DNA from: Myxococcota bacterium
GTDB taxonomy: Bacteria > Myxococcota > XYA12-FULL-58-9 > JALHOP01
Direction: 5' to 3'
Length of the DNA stretch: 13,056 nt
NCBI GenBank assembly: GCA_041288095.1
Contig: JBGGMJ010000016.1
Span: 1 to 13,056, forward strand
Part shown: piece by piece, positions 7,172-13,056 of the stretch
Numbering within the stretch: position 1 is the stretch's first letter
Layout of the letters: every line of letters starts with the position of its first letter
Program-made: the position numbers and the translations under genes
Notes under the pieces: model-generated
The model's input: only the letters and a program-made list of their open reading frames with translations
Told to the model about the DNA's origin: nothing
The model's database searches: none

Positions 7172-9514
7172 TCACTCGACCCGCTCCACCAAGAGCTGCT
7201 GACTATCCGCGCGTCCGTTATCGTCGACGGCGCGCACGACGAAGTTGCCGGGGTGGGCCTGCCACAAGAAGGTCTCCCCGGCACTCGCGTGTCCGACATA
7301 GCGATCGTCGACGAACCAGCGTAGATCGCGGGCGTCGGCGCCGGTGACCGCCGCGAACGGCACCACCGCCGAGCGCGGGTCGTCGATGCGCAAGCTGTAG
7401 GTCAGCACCGACTGCGGAGAGGTGATCCGCGGGGGCTTTCCCGTGCTGCTCATATCGTCGAGCTTGCAGCGAGCAGCGTATCTCGGTGGCAGGCGGCGAC
7501 GGAGTCCGGCGCGCTCGAAGACGCGCGCGATGTTGCTCGGCCACAGCTCGTAAACCTCGAGATGTCGGCCCGCCGTGACCTCTTCGCCGGGACAGGCGCG
7601 CTCACCCGTGGCGTCGTCGACGACGACCCGCGCGTGCACGTCACACGTGGCGATCGGCGAGACCCCCGCGATGAAGGCGGTGCGCTGGGTACGCGGGCAG
7701 TGCTCGCCCGGCACCATGCCCGAGACGGCGCAGACCTCGCCGTGCTGAATGGTCGCGAGGCGCGCCGGCGCCTGGTGCTCGATGCCCGGTCGCAGCGCGT
7801 CGATGATCTCGAAGGCCAGTGGCGCGGCGGCGGTGCGACCAACGAAAGCGGGATTGCCGTGGCCGTCGAAGTTCCCGACCCAGACCGCCAAAACGTACTG
7901 ACCCGCCACCGCCACGGTCCACGCGTCGCGGAAACCGTAGGACGTGCCGGTCTTCCACGCGACCTCGACGCGGTCGCGCACCGGCGCGAACGGTGATGCA
8001 TTCGGACGCTCCTGGCCTCGCAGCATGGCCATGGTCAGCTCGGCCGCCTCGGGGCTCGTGAGCCGGTCGCCTTTGACGGACGCGCCGTCCATCTGATCGC
8101 GGAGGCCGCGCATGACGCCGTCGTTGGCGAGCGCCGCGTACATGACGACGAGGTCGCGCATGGTCACCTCGGCGCTGCCCAGGACGTACGACAGACCATA
8201 GCGCTCCCTGCTTGCGGCCGTGACGATGCCCATCCGCGCGAGGAGATCGAACATGCTCGCGCCTTCCTCGCGGCGCAGGCGTGACTCGAGATCCACCGCC
8301 GGCAGGTTGCGGCTACGCACCAGCGCATCGGTGGCGTTGATCGGCCCCACGAAGGTGCCGTCGAAGTTCTCGGGCTCGTAGATACCGTAGCGCGCGGGCG
8401 CATCCTCGAGGACCGTGCGTGGGTGAATCAGACCGCGCTCGAGCGCCAGCGCGTAGATCATCGGTTTCAATGTCGAGCCCGGCGAGCGGGGGGATCGCGT
8501 GCCGTCGACCTGGCCGGCGATCGTGTCGTCCGTGAATGACGCCGAGCCAATGCTCGCGAGAACCTCCATGCCGCGGCGATCCACGAGCATCGCGGCGGCA
8601 TTCGTGAGACCGCGATCACGACCGCGCTCGACCCAACCGGTGACGCGGCGCTCGAGCAGATCTTGCAGCCCTCGGTCGATGGTCGTGCGAATCTGCCCGG
8701 CCACCGGGCCCGCGACCTTGCCACGCCGCGCCAGCACGCCATCGCATACATGGGGCGCCGCGAAAGGGAGCTCCGAGCGTGGCCGCACCGCCAAGTCCGC
8801 TCCAGCGGCCAACACCTCGGCGTCATCCTCGGGTACCTGCTCGCGCCATCGCTCGATGAGGCGTTGACGCGCGGCACGCATGTCGGTGGGCGTGAGACCG
8901 TCCTTGGTGGGTGCGCGGCGGTTCGGGCTTTGCGGCATGACTGCGAGCGCCATGCTCTCGGCGCGCGACAGCTCACGCGCGGTCTTCCCGAAATACACCA
9001 GGCTCGCGGCGCCGATGCCTTCGACGTTGCCGCCATACGGCGCGAGGTTCAGGTACGCTTCGAGAATTTCTCGCTTGCCGTAGAACAGCTCGAGTTGCAG
9101 CGCGCGCAACATCTGCAGGAGCTTTCCGCTGATCGTGGTCGTCACCAGACCGTAGCGCAAGCGCGCGACCTGCATGGTGATGGTCGAAGCACCACGGCGC
9201 GGCGCTCCGCCGGCGGCGTCGAAAATGGCGTGAGCGAGCGCGACCGGGTTCACGCCGGGATGCCGGTAGAACCAGTGGTCTTCGTAGAGGAGCGTCGCTT
9301 CCACGAGCTCCGGTGCCACCTCGTCGAGCGTCGTGTAGACGCGGTAGCGCTCGTCCGCGGCGAGCGCGAGGCGCATGAGCTTGCCATCACGGTCGGTGAC
9401 GGCGACACCGAAGCTCACGTCGTCGAGCAACGGCGGTTTTCCCGCGATGAAGAGCGCCGCCGCCGCGACGCCACAGGTCGCGGCGATTGCTCGCCACAAC
9501 CCGCGCGATTTCAC
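7172..9514 (-). CDS. pbpC: Penicillin-binding protein 1C (bifunctional transglycosylase/transpeptidase)
   Basis: N-terminal membrane anchor. GT51 motifs EDHWFYRHPGVNP, GASTITMQVAR and KREILEAYLNLAPYGGN. Transpeptidase motifs SxxK (STLK, 8465-8476), SRN and KTGTS. BiPBP_C-like C-terminus. GTGA overlap with the alpha-2-macroglobulin gene, which is the classic context for this gene. Confidence 0.95.
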   Translation of the reverse strand: MKSRGLWRAIAATCGVAAAALFIAGKPPLLDDVSFGVAVTDRDGKLMRLALAADERYRVYTTLDEVAPELVEATLLYEDHWFYRHPGVNPVALAHAIFDAAGGAPRRGASTITMQVARLRYGLVTTTISGKLLQMLRALQLELFYGKREILEAYLNLAPYGGNVEGIGAASLVYFGKTARELSRAESMALAVMPQSPNRRAPTKDGLTPTDMRAARQRLIERWREQVPEDDAEVLAAGADLAVRPRSELPFAAPHVCDGVLARRGKVAGPVAGQIRTTIDRGLQDLLERRVTGWVERGRDRGLTNAAAMLVDRRGMEVLASIGSASFTDDTIAGQVDGTRSPRSPGSTLKPMIYALALERGLIHPRTVLEDAPARYGIYEPENFDGTFVGPINATDALVRSRNLPAVDLESRLRREEGASMFDLLARMGIVTAASRERYGLSYVLGSAEVTMRDLVVMYAALANDGVMRGLRDQMDGASVKGDRLTSPEAAELTMAMLRGQERPNASPFAPVRDRVEVAWKTGTSYGFRDAWTVAVAGQYVLAVWVGNFDGHGNPAFVGRTAAAPLAFEIIDALRPGIEHQAPARLATIQHGEVCAVSGMVPGEHCPRTQRTAFIAGVSPIATCDVHARVVVDDATGERACPGEEVTAGRHLEVYELWPSNIARVFERAGLRRRLPPRYAARCKLDDMSSTGKPPRITSPQSVLTYSLRIDDPRSAVVPFAAVTGADARDLRWFVDDRYVGHASAGETFLWQAHPGNFVVRAVDDNGRADSQQLLVERVE

Positions 9515-12500
9515 TTACCGACCACCGTGATGGCGGCACGGGCAGAGCTTCCGCGCACGTCCGGCGCATACATGGCGGCGGCGTGCGTCGGCGGCACCAC
9601 GAACGCTCCGCGCGTGGTGGCTCGCAGACGATAGATCACCTCTTTGACGTCCTTCGTGAGGTCGCCGTAGAAGACCGCGCGGTCTTCGCGTGCGTCGATG
9701 TACTCCGGCTGCCAGGTGCTGCTCGCTGCAAGCACCCGACCGCCGTCACCGTCGAGCACGAGATCGAAGCCCGCCGGCAAGAGCTCGACCACCGCCACGT
9801 CGTGCACGGTCTCGGTCACGGCCCGCATTTTCACGTGGACGCTCACGGTGTCGCCAATGGCGACCTCGCCCATGGTCTTGCCCTTGTCGTCTTCGTAGGA
9901 GCGGATGATCTCGATCCCATGCGTCTCGGCGGCGGTCGCGGGCTCGCGATCGAAGCCGGACACCGTCACCGCGTAGAAGAGGGGAAGGTCCGCGTCGTTG
10001 CTGATGTGAAGCGTCTTGGTGTCGAGGCTTACTTCGCCCGTCGGGAAGGCCGTGCCGTGCAACGCCAGGTTCTGCTTCTTGCCGTCGTCGGTCGTCGCCG
10101 CGACGGTCGCTTTGGCCGCGACGTTCTTCGCCGCGTCCGAGCGCGCATACGCCGCTAAAGCATACAGCGTCCACGCCGAGCCGATGGTGTTGGCGCGCCC
10201 GCCGCCGGCGCTGCCCACCATGCGCTCGATGAGCTTCTTGTCGAAGTCACCCAAGCGCTCCGGAAAGTGCATGACCAACACGTAGAAGAGCTGCGCCGCG
10301 TAGGTTTGCTCGTTGTAGAAGGTGCCCGCGTCACCCGGCACGTCGCGCGCCATCTCGGCGAGACGAATGAGACTCGAGGCCTCGCTTTCATCACGCGCCA
10401 GCCGATACGCGGCCGCGAGGAATGCCACGGTGATGTCGCTCTTCCAGGCGCCGCCTTGATCCTTACGGAGGAAGTCGCGCAGCTCCGCGAGCTCACGCGC
10501 CGACTGCTCGCCGGAGCGGGCCAAGAGGTAGACCGCGAAAGCACGCAAGCGAGCGGACGGCATCCCGGCCAGCGGCCGCCGTGCGAGCTCGCGCGCATTG
10601 GCCAGCGCTCTCTTCTTGAGCTCCGCCGCCACCGGCAAACCGCGCTCGGTGGTTTCGATCAAGAAGTGCGTGGCGTAGAGCGATGCGTAATCCGAGACAC
10701 GCGACGAGGCGGTCCAGTAGCCGAACGAGCCGTCGTCGTTTTGTCGCGACTGCAAGACGTCGAGCGCGTTCTCTACCGCGGGTTTCGTTTGTTTGGTCTT
10801 GCTGGCGAGCTCCGGGAACTGGCGCAAGAGCAAGCTCGGCACGGCGGCGCTCACCACCTGCTCGGTGCACAGGTGTGGGAAATTCTCGACGTAGGTTTGG
10901 AGGCTCCGCGCCAGCGCCAGCGGCGCCGATGACACGGTGACCTCGTGCTTGGCGTACTCGGGCAAGAGCCGTCGTGTGAGCGCGACGTCGACGCCGCCGG
11001 ACGCGACGATACCCGAGAGTACCTGACTCGCGAACGCGCTCGCCGGCCGTACGCTGGTGTCGGTCGTGAGCGTCGCCGAGGCGCTGCCGCTGCGCGCCGT
11101 CAGCTTCAGCGAGGTCGATCCGAGCTTGGTCGTGCCCTGCAGCTTGAAACGTACCGCGCCCTCGCGACCCTCCGCGATGGTCAACGTCTGCGACACGTCG
11201 CCGAGCACCTTCACGCCGTCAGCCGCCTGCAAGGTGACGTCGACCTTCGCGTCTTTGCCCGAGCCCTCGACGTTGTTGGCAACGGCGACGCTCATTTCGG
11301 CGGTGTCACCCGGGGCGATGAACAGCGGTGCGTTCGGAGAGATGACGAACGGACCCCGCACCGTGGTCTTCTTTTGTGCCACCCCGACCGCATCGGGCGC
11401 GAGCGCCGCGGCCATCACCCGCATGGTGCCGTTGAAGGTGTCCGGCACTTGATAGGTGAAGGTCTTGGTCTCGGGACCCGCGTCGATGATCCCCGACCAG
11501 AACGCCACGGGCGCGTCGTGCTTGCGGCGGAATGGGTTCAAGTTCTTGCTAGCGCCGCCGTCGCCGTCACCGCCCTGTTTCATGAGGGCCGCGACGACGT
11601 GATGCTCGGGCAGGATGAGGTCGAGGATCTGCTTGGTGCGCACCTCCAGCGCCCGCTTCTCGAAGAAGAACGCGAGTGGATTCGGCGTCTCGTAGTGCGC
11701 CACTTGCAGGATACCCTCGTCGACTCCCCAGACCACCATCTTCGTCGGCCGGTCGGCGCTATAGCGGACATTGAGCTTGTCACCGGGCTTGACGAGCTCG
11801 GGGCTCTCGAGCTGAATGGCGACGGTGCGCGCTTTCTGGCTCACGGAGAAGCCGACGACGCCGTACGACAGCGGGCTCATGAAGATCTCGGGCGACGCCG
11901 AAGCGCGTGTGAAGGCGACGCTTACGTAGCCGTTGCCCTCGATGCCCGGCGGCAGGTCGATGGTCTGGACGGTTGCGTTGGTGCCGGTCTTGAACCACTT
12001 GTGCGCGTAGACCTTGTCGCGCTCGATGGTGATGAGGCCGCTGCCCGCATACGGTGCCTTGATGGCAACGCTTACCGGCTCGCCCGCGGCGTAGTCCCGT
12101 TTGTCGAGCACGAGCTCGAGCTCGGCGTTGCGCTCGACGCTGCGCGACAGGTTGGCTTCGCCTTGAACACTGTAGCGGACACGTGAGACCTCGAGGTCGC
12201 GCTTGTCGCGGATCGAGACGATGAAGGTACCGGGCTCGCTGGTGTCGAGCTTCAGGCGGGTGCCGGCGGACTTGATCGCGAGCTTCTCTTCGCCGCGCGT
12301 GATCTCCTTGCGGACCGATTGGTAGGCGAACGAGCCGTTGTTCTGACGCTGCAGCACCGACACGTAGCGTTCTTCCACGCGCACCGCGCGCAGCTCGTCG
12401 ACGTCGACCGCCTTGACGCTCTTGTCGACGGCCATGAAGCGCACGCCGACCTCGCCGTCCTTCTTCACGAACGACAAGTCACCTTCGCGCTTCACACCCA

Positions 12501-13056
12501 CGAAATACGGCCGTGGCGAGACCAGCGCTCGCGCGGAGCCGGAGACGCCGCGCCCACCATCGAGCTCGAAGCCGGTGGCGTAGACCGACACCGTGTACGA
12601 GCTGCCCGCGAAACGCTTGAGGTCGAGCGCGAAGGCGCAGCGACCTTCACCGTCGGTCGTGCACTCCGAGAGCGACTCCTCGTAGCTCTCGTCGGCCGCG
12701 GCGGGATCGGTGAAGGCGTAGTCCTTGAACGCCCCGAAGTGGATCGCCTGAGGCGACAGATACATGGTCGCGGCCACGCGGTGGTCCGCCGCGGCGGTGC
12801 CGAAGAGATTGTACAGACCGACGTGCGCCGACAGATCCTCGGGTGTCATCCAGCCGCCGAGCTTGCCGTCGCCGATGCGGGTCTCGATGCGCAAGCGATC
12901 GGGGAGGAACTCCTCGACGCGCACGCTGACGCTACCGAGGAGCGAATTCCCCTTCTTGTCGTTCACGATGTACGCGTTCACGGTGTAGTCGCCGGTCGGC
13001 GCGGTTTCGAAGGTCGTGTATGCCAGCTCGATGAAGCCGCTCGCCGGCAGCGCCAG
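9511..13056 (-). CDS. yfhM: Bacterial alpha-2-macroglobulin (YfhM-like), 5' end outside window
   Basis: The frame is open to the window edge (LALPASGFIELAYTTFETAPTGDYTVNAY...). Motifs VEEFLPDRL, VDEGILQ and PDTFNGTMRVMA, thioester motif CTEQ (10858-10869), RQNDDGSFGYW, and a C-terminal receptor-binding-like domain (VELLPAGF, DAREDR, AMYAP). Confidence 0.95.
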   Translation of the reverse strand: MALPASGFIELAYTTFETAPTGDYTVNAYIVNDKKGNSLLGSVSVRVEEFLPDRLRIETRIGDGKLGGWMTPEDLSAHVGLYNLFGTAAADHRVAATMYLSPQAIHFGAFKDYAFTDPAAADESYEESLSECTTDGEGRCAFALDLKRFAGSSYTVSVYATGFELDGGRGVSGSARALVSPRPYFVGVKREGDLSFVKKDGEVGVRFMAVDKSVKAVDVDELRAVRVEERYVSVLQRQNNGSFAYQSVRKEITRGEEKLAIKSAGTRLKLDTSEPGTFIVSIRDKRDLEVSRVRYSVQGEANLSRSVERNAELELVLDKRDYAAGEPVSVAIKAPYAGSGLITIERDKVYAHKWFKTGTNATVQTIDLPPGIEGNGYVSVAFTRASASPEIFMSPLSYGVVGFSVSQKARTVAIQLESPELVKPGDKLNVRYSADRPTKMVVWGVDEGILQVAHYETPNPLAFFFEKRALEVRTKQILDLILPEHHVVAALMKQGGDGDGGASKNLNPFRRKHDAPVAFWSGIIDAGPETKTFTYQVPDTFNGTMRVMAAALAPDAVGVAQKKTTVRGPFVISPNAPLFIAPGDTAEMSVAVANNVEGSGKDAKVDVTLQAADGVKVLGDVSQTLTIAEGREGAVRFKLQGTTKLGSTSLKLTARSGSASATLTTDTSVRPASAFASQVLSGIVASGGVDVALTRRLLPEYAKHEVTVSSAPLALARSLQTYVENFPHLCTEQVVSAAVPSLLLRQFPELASKTKQTKPAVENALDVLQSRQNDDGSFGYWTASSRVSDYASLYATHFLIETTERGLPVAAELKKRALANARELARRPLAGMPSARLRAFAVYLLARSGEQSARELAELRDFLRKDQGGAWKSDITVAFLAAAYRLARDESEASSLIRLAEMARDVPGDAGTFYNEQTYAAQLFYVLVMHFPERLGDFDKKLIERMVGSAGGGRANTIGSAWTLYALAAYARSDAAKNVAAKATVAATTDDGKKQNLALHGTAFPTGEVSLDTKTLHISNDADLPLFYAVTVSGFDREPATAAETHGIEIIRSYEDDKGKTMGEVAIGDTVSVHVKMRAVTETVHDVAVVELLPAGFDLVLDGDGGRVLAASSTWQPEYIDAREDRAVFYGDLTKDVKEVIYRLRATTRGAFVVPPTHAAAMYAPDVRGSSARAAITVVGK

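Noticed and set aside
4341-7299. Long antisense or alternate-frame ORFs (4341..5204, 4418..5251, 5374..6264, 6580..7299)
   Set aside because: Shadow ORFs expected from high-GC codon bias. They are Arg/His-rich, have no motifs, and overlap better-supported genes.
8663-12186. Plus-strand ORFs 8663..9634, 9487..10158, 10267..10932 and 10945..12186
   Set aside because: Antisense shadows of pbpC and the alpha-2-macroglobulin gene, with no recognisable domains.
12979-12981. GTG at 12981 as the start of the alpha-2-macroglobulin gene
   Set aside because: The frame stays open to base 13056 and the N-terminal signal and MG domains are missing, so the true start is outside the window.
1-13056. CRISPR array, IS element, integrase, rRNA or tRNA
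   Set aside because: No regularly spaced repeats, transposase or integrase motifs, or structural RNA signatures were seen.

Overview
High-GC bacterial window (roughly two-thirds GC by eye); the lineage cannot be fixed from this sequence. Gene order: partial hypothetical ORF (+), miaB (+), MFS transporter and SIMPL/DUF541 protein (-), YkgJ-like CxxCxxCC protein (+), a structured ~190-bp intergenic region, two coupled uncharacterised genes (+), then the conserved alpha-2-macroglobulin/PBP1C operon (-), whose first gene is cut by the window edge. The main candidate for an undescribed system is the gene pair at 4239-7152. By manual alignment the two proteins carry three diverged copies of one ~215-250-aa module (hydrophobic helical hairpin followed by a helical domain with conserved spacing), plus one extra hairpin copy. 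Both have Pro/Gly-rich N-termini with no signal peptide, and a sigma-28-like promoter motif lies upstream. This suggests a secreted two-component membrane-active (pore or translocon-like) system, which is inference only. Smaller oddities: a symmetric palindrome between two very close divergent genes, and a 132-bp convergent overlap between miaB and the MFS gene.
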